Shown here: in pieces, positions 56,574 to 64,000 of the stretch | Numbering within the stretch: position 1 is the first letter of the stretch | Layout of the letters: every line of letters starts with the position of its first letter | NCBI GenBank assembly: GCA_038245295.1 | Contig: JBBRSP010000016.1 | Location: forward strand, 54,327 to 118,326 | Reading direction: 5' to 3' | DNA length: 64,000 nt | Source: Candidatus Binatia bacterium | GTDB taxonomy: Bacteria; Desulfobacterota; Binatia; HRBIN30 | Translations under genes and position numbers: made by a program | Notes under the pieces: generated by a model | What the model was told of the DNA's origin: nothing | Database searches by the model: none | The model's input: the letters and a program-made list of their open reading frames with translations, nothing else

Positions 56574-56695
56574 GAGACTGTCGACTTTCTCTGATCGCAC
56601 GTTTGAAAGCACACAAACATCTCCGTCATTCCGGCCGAGGAGATCCCGGCTTTCGCCGGGATGACGGGGTGGCATCCGAGTTTATCGACAGTCTC
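56574..56695. mobile_element. 122-bp MITE (GAGACTGTCGA ends) inserted in the loop of a GTCATCCCGGCGAAGGCC-type REP
   Basis: Perfect 11-bp terminal inverted repeat; flanks GTCATCCCGGC-GAAA and GAAG-GCCTGGACCC; interior carries another copy of the same REP family. Confidence 0.65.
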
Positions 56696-56822
56696 GAAGG
56701 CCTGGACCCGGTGTTGGAATCGAAGCCGCACTCTTACAAGCCTGGGTTCCGGCCTGCACCGGAACGACGCATCTACTGAAGGACACTCAAAGCTAACCCG
56801 GTAGGGGTTGAATAGCGATTTC

Positions 56823-56849
56823 TTGACATACTGGCAGTGATTATGTCAA
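56823..56849. promoter_or_regulatory. Palindromic operator TTGACATA-N11-TATGTCAA upstream of tetR
   Basis: TTGACATA CTGGCAGTGAT TATGTCAA, 10 nt before ATG 56860; includes a perfect -35 hexamer. Confidence 0.7.
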
Positions 56850-56859
56850 TAGATCGCTC

Positions 56860-57567
56860 ATGACGACGGATGGCGGCAAGCGCGTACGGATCGGCAAACT
56901 CTCCGCAAACCGTCGCAACGCCCTGCCAAAAACGCCACACCAAACCGCCAAACGCAACAACGCTCGTTCTCTCGGTGCACCGGTCGACCCGGACTCCGCC
57001 GACGGCCGCGTCCGCCGCTCGCAACGCAGCGGTCAAGTAATCGTCGGCGCCCTGTTCGATCTCGTCGGTGAAGGTGTCGTTGCACCGACAGCCCAGCAAG
57101 TGGCGGCGCGTGCCGGGGTTGGTATTCGTACCGTCTTCCGGCGCTTCAACGACATGGAGAGCCTGGCCGCCGAGATGGATCAGCGGTTGCGCATCGAAGC
57201 GGTGCCGCTATTCCGCGGCGGCGAGCGGAAAGGCAGCCTCGACGATCGTGGTCGCGCGCTGGTGCGGCAACGGGTGGAACTGTTCGAACGAATCGCACCG
57301 TACAAACGTTCGGGGAACGCTCGGCGTTGGCACTCGCCGTTTCTGCAAGACAGTCACAACGCCCTGGTGCGCGAGCTGCGCAAAGACATCGTGACCTGGC
57401 TCCCGGAGCTCGAACGCGCCGGTGCCGATATGGTCGATGCGATGGATCTGGTAGTGTCGTTTGAAGTGTGGGACCGGCTGCGTACCGATCGCGGCATAAG
57501 CCGCGCCCGCGCCCAGATCATCGTCGAACGCTTGGTGCAAGCACTCATCGCCAGCATCGGCCGCTGA
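56860..57567 (+). CDS. TetR/AcrR family transcriptional regulator
   Basis: DGRVRRSQRS, PTAQQVAARAGVGIRTVFRRFNDMESL HTH; start uncertain. Confidence 0.9.
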   Translation: MTTDGGKRVRIGKLSANRRNALPKTPHQTAKRNNARSLGAPVDPDSADGRVRRSQRSGQVIVGALFDLVGEGVVAPTAQQVAARAGVGIRTVFRRFNDMESLAAEMDQRLRIEAVPLFRGGERKGSLDDRGRALVRQRVELFERIAPYKRSGNARRWHSPFLQDSHNALVRELRKDIVTWLPELERAGADMVDAMDLVVSFEVWDRLRTDRGISRARAQIIVERLVQALIASIGR

Positions 57568-57583
57568 CAACAGGAGACCGTTC

Positions 57584-58615
57584 ATGTCGGATCAACTACC
57601 GCTACGTATCGTCGGTGCGCCGGGCTCCCCCTACAGCCGCAAGCTGCGCGCCGTACTGCGCTACCGTCGCATCCCCTATGCCTGGATGAACTCCGGCTCG
57701 CCGGAGAGTCGCGGCCTGCCGCAACCGCGTGTCTCGCTGCTGCCACAACTGATCTTGCCCGCGGCAAACGGTGAGCTCGAAGCGGCGGTCGATTCGACTC
57801 CCATCATTCGTCGCCTCGAACGCGCCTTCCCAGGTCGCTCGGTGATTCCGCCTGATCCGGCGATCGCCTTCCTCGATGCTCTGCTCGAAGACTACGCCGA
57901 CGAATGGCTCACCAAGGCGATGTTCCATTATCGCTGGCACTTCGAAGCCGACATCGCCAAGGCCGCCGCAATCCTGCCGCGCTGGTTCCGCAGCAACATG
58001 CCGGAGTCGCAAGCCCAATCGATGGGACAGGAATTCGCCAAGCGGCAAGTCGGACGTCTCGGTGTCGTCGGTTCCAACGAAACAACCGCGCCGGTCATCG
58101 AAGCAAGCTACAAGCGACTCCTGCACCTCCTCGACGCGCATCTCACCGAGTCGCGCTTCGTGCTCGGCGACCGTCCGGGCACGGCTGATTTCGGGCTCTA
58201 TGGTCAACTGACTCAGCTCGCCGGCTTCGATCCGACTTCGGCAGCGGTTGCCCTCGCCATCGCACCGCGTGTCGTCGCCTGGATCGACAATGTGGAGGAC
58301 CTCTCCGGAGTCGAGCCGCAGGACGGCGATTGGACCTCGCGCGACAGCTTGCCGCAGACCTTCCGCGACCTGTTCAACGAAGTGGGCCGTGTCTACGCGC
58401 CGTTCCTCATCGCCAATGCCGCGGCACTCGCGGCCGGCGCCGATCGTGTCGAGTGCACCATCGACGGCTTGCCATGGGTTCAGCAGCCGTTCCCGTATCA
58501 GGGCAAATGCCTGCAGTGGTTGCGCGAAGGCCACGCGGCGCTAGCCGCCGACGATCGCGCCGAGGTTGATAAGGTCCTGGCTGGTACCGGCTGCGACGTT
58601 CTGTTCAAGGCATAG
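57584..58615 (+). CDS. Glutathione S-transferase family protein (paralog of 46051-47049)
   Basis: SPYSRKLR, DSTPII, EDYADEWLTKAMFHYRW, DFGLYGQL; RBS AGGAGA. Confidence 0.88.
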   Translation: MSDQLPLRIVGAPGSPYSRKLRAVLRYRRIPYAWMNSGSPESRGLPQPRVSLLPQLILPAANGELEAAVDSTPIIRRLERAFPGRSVIPPDPAIAFLDALLEDYADEWLTKAMFHYRWHFEADIAKAAAILPRWFRSNMPESQAQSMGQEFAKRQVGRLGVVGSNETTAPVIEASYKRLLHLLDAHLTESRFVLGDRPGTADFGLYGQLTQLAGFDPTSAAVALAIAPRVVAWIDNVEDLSGVEPQDGDWTSRDSLPQTFRDLFNEVGRVYAPFLIANAAALAAGADRVECTIDGLPWVQQPFPYQGKCLQWLREGHAALAADDRAEVDKVLAGTGCDVLFKA

Positions 58616-60208
58616 TCAACCGGCGGCGACGAGGCTGTCGCGCAACTGATTGCGCAGGACCTTGCCGCTTTCGGTGCGCGGGAATTCGTCGACCACGTGT
58701 AGCGCTTCGGGCCACTTCTGTTTCGCAAGACGTTGCGTCGCCAGAAACGTCCGCAGGCTCGCGAGATCCAGGCTGCGGCCGGCCTTCAGCCGCACGGCGG
58801 CACAGGCGCGCTCGCCCGTATCAGGATCCGGCAGCGCCACGACGACAGCCTCAGCAACCGCCGGGTGCGCCGCGACAGCCTCCTCGACCTCGCGAACGCT
58901 GATCTTCTCACCTTTGCGGATGACGATCTCCTTGAGGCGGCCAGTGATGCGCAGGTAACCGGCGGAGTCGAGAACACCGAGGTCGCCGCTGCGGTACCAT
59001 CCGTCGGCCGAGAAACTGTCGTCGTTCAGCGTCGCATCGGCGTAGCCGACGAAACACTCCGGACCGCGCCCTTGCACCTCGCCCTCTTCGCCGGCGTCGA
59101 GCACGAGGCCGTTGGCATCGACGATCCGCACCTCGGCAGGAGCGATCGCCCGGCCCTCGCTATCCAGACCGCGCGTCTGCGCATCGGCGGCTGCCGTCGT
59201 GGTCAGGGTCGGGAACTCGGTCGAGCCGTAGACGCGTTTGGCGACACAGTTCACAAACGTAGCGCGCGCGTCCTCCACCAATGCTCGACTGACCGCGGCT
59301 CCGCCACAGGAGAACAGCCGCAACGACTCGACATCACGCGGCGCGCGGCGCTGCTCGGCAACCAGATCGTGCAGGAAGGTTGGAGCGCCGACCATGTAGG
59401 TGGCGCGTTCGGCTTCGATGAGCCTGACGGCTTCGGCGGGATTCCAGCGCTCCATCAGGACGGCGCTGGTACCGAGCAGAGCCGGAGCAAGGATGGCGTG
59501 GATCACTCCGGAGATATGTGTCAGCGGCGAGGGCATCAGCGTGCGATCGGCAGGGGTCAACGCGTGCACGCGCTCCAGACTCATCACCTCGGCGGCCAGG
59601 GAGGTGTGCGTGTGCAATACGCCTTTCGGCGCCGCCGTCGTACCCGATGTGTAGATGAGCATGGCGACAGAACTTGGATCGGCAAACGCCGGCAACGGGG
59701 CCGCGCTGTCGCTCGCCAGTAAATCATCGAACCGGCACTGGCCCTCCTCACGCACGACCACAACCTCGCGCAGCATCGGTAGATCAGCGCGAATCGACTC
59801 GATCAACACCCGATGATCGGTGCCACGATAGGTCCCGGGAACAAACAACACGCCGGCACCTGACTGCTTCAGGGTGAAGCCTAACTCGGACTCGCGAAAG
59901 ATCGGCAGAAGAGGATTGACCGTGGCGCCAAGGCGCAGGCCGGCAAGGAATACGACCGCTGCCTCCCACCAGTTTGGCAGCTGATAGGCGATGACGTCGC
60001 CGCGGCCGAAGCCCAGCCGGGCCAGCTGGCGCGCCAGCCGTTCGCTACGCGCCAGCCACTCTTCGAACGTGAGACGTAGACTGCCATCGATCAACGCCGT
60101 CGAAGCGGCGAGGCGCTTTGCGGTGCGATCGAACAGCGCCCACAGATCCGACTGCGGCCAATGCTGCGAGTAGAGAGTCGCGAACGGATTGGGATGAGAG
60201 GCTCTCAT
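58616..60208 (-). CDS. Acyl-CoA ligase (cyclohexanecarboxylate-CoA ligase-like)
   Basis: QLPNW, YTSGTTAAPKG, YGSTE, WYRSGDLG, GRLKEIVIRKGE, PRTESGK. Confidence 0.9.
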   Translation of the reverse strand: MRASHPNPFATLYSQHWPQSDLWALFDRTAKRLAASTALIDGSLRLTFEEWLARSERLARQLARLGFGRGDVIAYQLPNWWEAAVVFLAGLRLGATVNPLLPIFRESELGFTLKQSGAGVLFVPGTYRGTDHRVLIESIRADLPMLREVVVVREEGQCRFDDLLASDSAAPLPAFADPSSVAMLIYTSGTTAAPKGVLHTHTSLAAEVMSLERVHALTPADRTLMPSPLTHISGVIHAILAPALLGTSAVLMERWNPAEAVRLIEAERATYMVGAPTFLHDLVAEQRRAPRDVESLRLFSCGGAAVSRALVEDARATFVNCVAKRVYGSTEFPTLTTTAAADAQTRGLDSEGRAIAPAEVRIVDANGLVLDAGEEGEVQGRGPECFVGYADATLNDDSFSADGWYRSGDLGVLDSAGYLRITGRLKEIVIRKGEKISVREVEEAVAAHPAVAEAVVVALPDPDTGERACAAVRLKAGRSLDLASLRTFLATQRLAKQKWPEALHVVDEFPRTESGKVLRNQLRDSLVAAG

Positions 60209-60350
60209 TTGGCCATTTGGTCATTTGGCAGTTCAGGGATTCGATGGCGTTGGCCGTTGGGTCATTTGGTCATTCAACAGCTCAGGGATTCGGTGGCATG
60301 GCCCAAATGGTCAAACGGCAAGATGGCCAAACGGCAGATGGCCAAATGAG
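60204..60350. repeat. Inverted array of degenerate 8-bp repeats (CATTTGGY / RCCAAATG)
   Basis: Terminal 13-bp perfect inverted repeat CTCATTTGGCCAT / ATGGCCAAATGAG with multiple internal octamers. Confidence 0.7.
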
Positions 60351-60806
60351 CTACTCCTTCTTCACCGGCGCCGCGGTCTCGACCAAGGTCGAGCGCGAGA
60401 CCAGCACCTTCTCACCACGCTGGTTGGTATAGACGGTCTCGAGAACACCGAACGTCATCGTCCCGCCGCGCGAGCCTTCTTTCTCGTACACATCGGAGAC
60501 ATGCGCCCGTGCGGTGAGCACATCACCGGCGTACACCGGCGCCAGGTACTCGAACTCCTGCTCGCCATGCAGCAAGCGCCGCACGTCGTAGGTCAGCAAC
60601 GGCTTACGCGGGCCCTCGTCCCAGAAGCCCTGCGTCATGCTGAACGTCGGCGGCGGCATGATGCCTCCGGCCACCTTCTTGGCATGCTCCTCATTGAAAT
60701 AGATCGGATTGTCGTCCTTGATCGCTTTGGCGAACTCGCGGATCTTGCCGCGTTCGATGTGCATGACAGTCGGGCTGCCGGTGTTGCCGATTTCGCTCTT
60801 GTTCAT
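60351..60806 (-). CDS. MaoC-like dehydratase N-terminal domain protein (hotdog fold)
   Basis: IERGKIREFAKAI, PPTF, LLHGEQEFEY, YTNQRGE. Confidence 0.88.
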   Translation of the reverse strand: MNKSEIGNTGSPTVMHIERGKIREFAKAIKDDNPIYFNEEHAKKVAGGIMPPPTFSMTQGFWDEGPRKPLLTYDVRRLLHGEQEFEYLAPVYAGDVLTARAHVSDVYEKEGSRGGTMTFGVLETVYTNQRGEKVLVSRSTLVETAAPVKKE

Positions 60807-61017
60807 GGTCGCTCCTCGTCTCGAAGTGTTCGTCGAATACCCGTAAGGTTGCGGTCAGGTCAATGTCTCCCGGTGGCTGTGTTTCGCCCGCCGGAGCGCG
60901 TCACTCCGCAACGCCTGGTGATGGACTCCACGCAAGTCCGATGGTTTCGCCGAGGGCGCCACGGAGTAGCGCCCTCCGACGGCGGCACGACGACGTGCAC
61001 ATGCTAGTCTCCCGCCG

Positions 61018-62034
61018 ATGCCGCGCCAACCGACAGACCAACTTTCCCTGTTCGCCCCGTCGCAAGTCGCGCCGCCGGCGCGCAAGGCGCAACTCGGAGC
61101 AGCGCCGCCTACCGATGATCTGCGCGCCGTCGCGAGCGTCATGCCGCCATCACTCCGCCTCGGCACGTCGTCGTGGTCCTTCCCCGGTTGGAACGGTATC
61201 GTCTACGATCGCGAAGCCTCGACGCAGCGCCTGGCGCGCGACGGGCTTGCGGCCTACGCGCAGCACCCGCTGCTACGCACGGTTGGCATCGATCGTACGT
61301 TCTACGCACCGGTCAACGCCGGCGTGTTCGCCGACTATGCCGCTCAAGTGCCGACCGATTTCCGCTTTCTGATCAAAGCCCACGAGGCCTGTACCCTGGC
61401 CCGTTATCCGCAACACCCGCGCTACGGCGCGCAGCGTGGCCTGCGCAATGAGTTGTTCTTGCATGCCGGTTACGCCGCCGTCGAGGTCGTTGGTCCGGTC
61501 ATCGACGGGCTCGGCGACAAGGCCGGCCCTATCCTATTTCAGTTTCCGCCGCAGGATATCGTCGCCATGGGCGGCCCGACATTCCCGGATCGTCTGCACA
61601 CGTTTCTCGCGGCTCTACCACGCGGCCCGCTGTATGCCGTCGAGATCCGCAGCGCCGCCCTGCTCACACCCGAATACTTCGGCGCCTTGCGCGATGTCGG
61701 AGCCTGCCACTGCCTCAACTGGCACCCGACGATGCCGGCCATCCACGAACAGGAGCGGTGGCTGACGGACGAGGCGGCGCCGGCTCTGGTCATCCGCTGG
61801 ATGCTCGGACACGGCCACGCCTATGACGAAGCGCGCGCCGCCTATGCGCCGTTTGCGCGGCTGGCTGAGCCGGACCCTACCGCCCGCCAACAGATCGCCC
61901 AAACCTGCCTGCGCTCCGCGACACGTGGCAAGCCGACGTTCGTAATCATCAACAACAAGGCGGAAGGATCAGCGCCGTTGTCGGCATTCGAACTGGCACG
62001 CGCCATCGCCGCGATCCTCGGGGAGACACCATGA
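61018..62034 (+). CDS. DUF72 (YecE-like) protein
   Basis: LGTSSWSFPGW, IDRTFY, FRFLIKA, GPILFQFPP, AVEIR, NNKAEGSAP. Confidence 0.88.
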   Translation: MPRQPTDQLSLFAPSQVAPPARKAQLGAAPPTDDLRAVASVMPPSLRLGTSSWSFPGWNGIVYDREASTQRLARDGLAAYAQHPLLRTVGIDRTFYAPVNAGVFADYAAQVPTDFRFLIKAHEACTLARYPQHPRYGAQRGLRNELFLHAGYAAVEVVGPVIDGLGDKAGPILFQFPPQDIVAMGGPTFPDRLHTFLAALPRGPLYAVEIRSAALLTPEYFGALRDVGACHCLNWHPTMPAIHEQERWLTDEAAPALVIRWMLGHGHAYDEARAAYAPFARLAEPDPTARQQIAQTCLRSATRGKPTFVIINNKAEGSAPLSAFELARAIAAILGETP

Positions 62035-62882
62035 GCAACGCCACCGGCCCCCTCGCCAGTCTGCTCAGGCGCTTCGAGTTGGAAACCCAGGGGGAAGATT
62101 GCTTCGTCGGTGCATCGGGAAGCGGCGAGGGTACGTTGTTCGGTGGCTTCGTCGCTTCGCAGGCGACGGTCGCCGCCGGACGCACGGTGTCGGCCGAGCG
62201 CCGTCTCCATTCCTTGCACGGCTACTTCCTGCGGCCCGGACGTCACAACGTGCCGATCACCTATCGCGTCGAGAGAGTTCGCGAAGGTCGGACCTTCTCG
62301 ACACGTCTGGTCGTGGCGCGTCAAATCGATGAGCCGATCTTCACCCTGACCGCCGACTTCACACGCACCGAGAGCGGCCTGGAGCATCAAGTATCGACGC
62401 TTCCCGAAGTGCCGCCGCCGGGCGGCCTGCCCGATTGGGAAGACGTGCGGGCGCAGCTTCTGGGCCAGGGGACGCCGCGCCGCAAGGACGGGCCAATCGA
62501 AGTGCGCATGTGTGACACCGAAAGTCCCGAGCCAGGAGTGCGCCTGTCACCGTACCGACGTGTCTGGATGAGACCACGCGGCGCTGTTCCCGATGATCCG
62601 CTTTTGCACGCCGCCCTGTTCGTTTATGCCAGTGATCGCACGCTGCTGCGCACCGCCGCACGCGTGCATGGGCTCGGCTGGAAGCTCGGTGTCGGTGCCA
62701 GCCTCGATCACGCCGTCTGGCTGCACCGCCCGGCACGTTTCGACGACTGGATCCTGTTTGCCAGCGAAAGTCCGGTTGCCCACGCGGGGCGCCCGTTGCT
62801 GCTCGGCGCCATGTACCAACAGGATGGCACACGTATCGTCTCGGTGGTCCAAGAGGGCTTGATCCGCGCGCCAACCCGTTGA
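62031..62882 (+). CDS. tesB: Acyl-CoA thioesterase II
   Basis: LFGGFVASQA, HSLHGYFLRPG, REGRTFSTR, YASD, ASLDHAVW, QEGLIR. Confidence 0.9.
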   Translation: MSNATGPLASLLRRFELETQGEDCFVGASGSGEGTLFGGFVASQATVAAGRTVSAERRLHSLHGYFLRPGRHNVPITYRVERVREGRTFSTRLVVARQIDEPIFTLTADFTRTESGLEHQVSTLPEVPPPGGLPDWEDVRAQLLGQGTPRRKDGPIEVRMCDTESPEPGVRLSPYRRVWMRPRGAVPDDPLLHAALFVYASDRTLLRTAARVHGLGWKLGVGASLDHAVWLHRPARFDDWILFASESPVAHAGRPLLLGAMYQQDGTRIVSVVQEGLIRAPTR

Positions 62883-62940
62883 CGACCGGCACGCGGAACG
62901 GGCGTTCCCTTCTCAACACCGGCCGTCTAGATTCGCGCCA

Positions 62941-63870
62941 ATGCCGCTGCCGCGTCTCTTCGCCATCGTCGGACCCACCGCCTCCGGCAAGACCGATCTC
63001 GCCATCGAGATCGCCGAGCGCTTCGATGCGGAGATCATCAATGCCGATTCGCGGCAGGTTTATCGCGGGCTGGACATCGGCAGCGCCAAGCCGACGGCGG
63101 CGCAACAGCAGCGCGTCCGCCATCATCTCCTCGACATCTGCGACCCGCACGAGCAGTTCAACTGTGCGCAGTTCCGCGACCAGGCCTTGGCCGCCGCCCA
63201 TGAGATCAGTGCACGCGGCAAACGCATCGTCCTCGCCGGCGGCACCGGACTTTACGTACGCGTGTTGCGCGGCGGCTTGTTCGATGGCCCACCACGCGAC
63301 CAGGCTCTGCGACAATCGCTGGAAGCCCTGGAAGCAGCGCAGCCAGGCGCCCTGCTATCGCGTCTGAGCCGCGTCGACCCCACCAGCGCGGCGCGACTTC
63401 ACCCAAACGATCGTGTGCGCCTGATTCGTGCCATCGAGGTATTCGAAACCAGCGGCCGTACCATCAGCGACTGGCAACGCGAGCACGCCTTTGCGGAGCG
63501 CGATGTAGAGACGCGCACCATCGTGCTCGATCTGCCGCGCGAAGAGTTGTACCGGCGTATCGACGCGCGCTGCCAGACGATGCTGGATCAAGGGTTCATC
63601 GAAGAAGTGAAACGGCTCCTCGACGCCGGCCTCGATCCGCAGCTGCCGTCGTTGCAGAGTCTCGGCTACCGCGAGATCGGCGAGTTCGTGCGCGGTCGTC
63701 GCACTCTCGACGTCGCGTTGCATCTCATGCGCCAGGAGACACGGCGCTTCGCCAAACGCCAGCTCACCTGGTTCCGCGGCGATCGTGAAGTGGAATGGAT
63801 GGCGCCGCAGGTCGAGCTAGTGCATGACGCGGCCGCAGTGTTTTTCAACCCGCCGCGCGCCGCAGGCTGA
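62941..63870 (+). CDS. miaA: tRNA dimethylallyltransferase
   Basis: GPTASGKT, ADSRQVYRGLDIGSAKP, GGTGLY, SLGYRE, TRRFAKRQLTWFR. Confidence 0.96.
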   Translation: MPLPRLFAIVGPTASGKTDLAIEIAERFDAEIINADSRQVYRGLDIGSAKPTAAQQQRVRHHLLDICDPHEQFNCAQFRDQALAAAHEISARGKRIVLAGGTGLYVRVLRGGLFDGPPRDQALRQSLEALEAAQPGALLSRLSRVDPTSAARLHPNDRVRLIRAIEVFETSGRTISDWQREHAFAERDVETRTIVLDLPREELYRRIDARCQTMLDQGFIEEVKRLLDAGLDPQLPSLQSLGYREIGEFVRGRRTLDVALHLMRQETRRFAKRQLTWFRGDREVEWMAPQVELVHDAAAVFFNPPRAAG

Positions 63871-63871
63871 A

Positions 63872-64000
63872 GAGGCTGTCTCAAAACATAGGCTCACCCT
63901 TCGACGGGCTCAGGGCGAGCGGACAAAATGTCTTTGAAAATCAACCAAGCACCCGCTCAGGCTGAGCCTGTCGAAGCCGGCTCCGCAAGGTTTTGAGACA
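63872..64000. mobile_element. MITE of the GAGGCTGTCTC family in a REP loop, truncated by window edge
   Basis: CGCAGGC-TGAA then GAGGCTGTCTCAAAAC; interior similar to 41633-41803; window ends inside right end TTTTGAGACA. Confidence 0.75.

Noticed and set aside
1..64000. rRNA, tRNA, riboswitches, prophage or defence genes
   Set aside because: None recognised by eye; tRNAscan-SE and Infernal/Rfam would be needed to exclude small RNAs, including a cobalamin riboswitch.

Overview
High-GC, gene-dense bacterial window; gene content (DUF1302/LolA-like pair, several acyl-CoA ligases, GSTs, GT-C membrane proteins) suggests a Candidatus Binatia/deltaproteobacteria-like organism, which is inference only. 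All calls come from reading motifs by eye; no searches were run. Positions 1-25.9 kb form a large accessory lipid/glycolipid-tailoring cluster: a 5'-truncated fatty acyl-AMP ligase, two B12-binding and one SPASM-type radical SAM enzymes, three Fe/2OG-type oxygenases, a sterol-desaturase-family protein, GT2 and GT-C glycosyltransferases, DegT aminotransferase, WecD-like acyltransferase, UbiA prenyltransferase and an MDR reductase. Its most striking unit (20503-25862) encodes a homolog of cyanobacterial aldehyde-deformylating oxygenase (ADO) with all six di-iron ligands, a second ADO-like paralog that lost both ExxH motifs, a thioester-reductase-type SDR in place of AAR, a questin-oxidase-family protein, and a cmoA translationally coupled to an ICMT-family membrane methyltransferase rather than cmoB. 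The rest is mixed housekeeping/lipid metabolism (yebC, hpf, ECF42-YciI, aroE/aroK, nnrS, usp, hemH, sulfatase, tesB, miaA). Non-coding highlights: two ECF42-type promoters (TGTCGA-N17-CGTC), a shared TTGACATA-N11-TATGTCAA palindrome before tetR-GST and a distant GST paralog, a 102-bp MITE with a 9-bp target duplication, a family of MITEs inserted into REP hairpin loops, inverted octamer-repeat elements, and a deletion chimera of two genes. No rRNA, tRNA or CRISPR array was seen.
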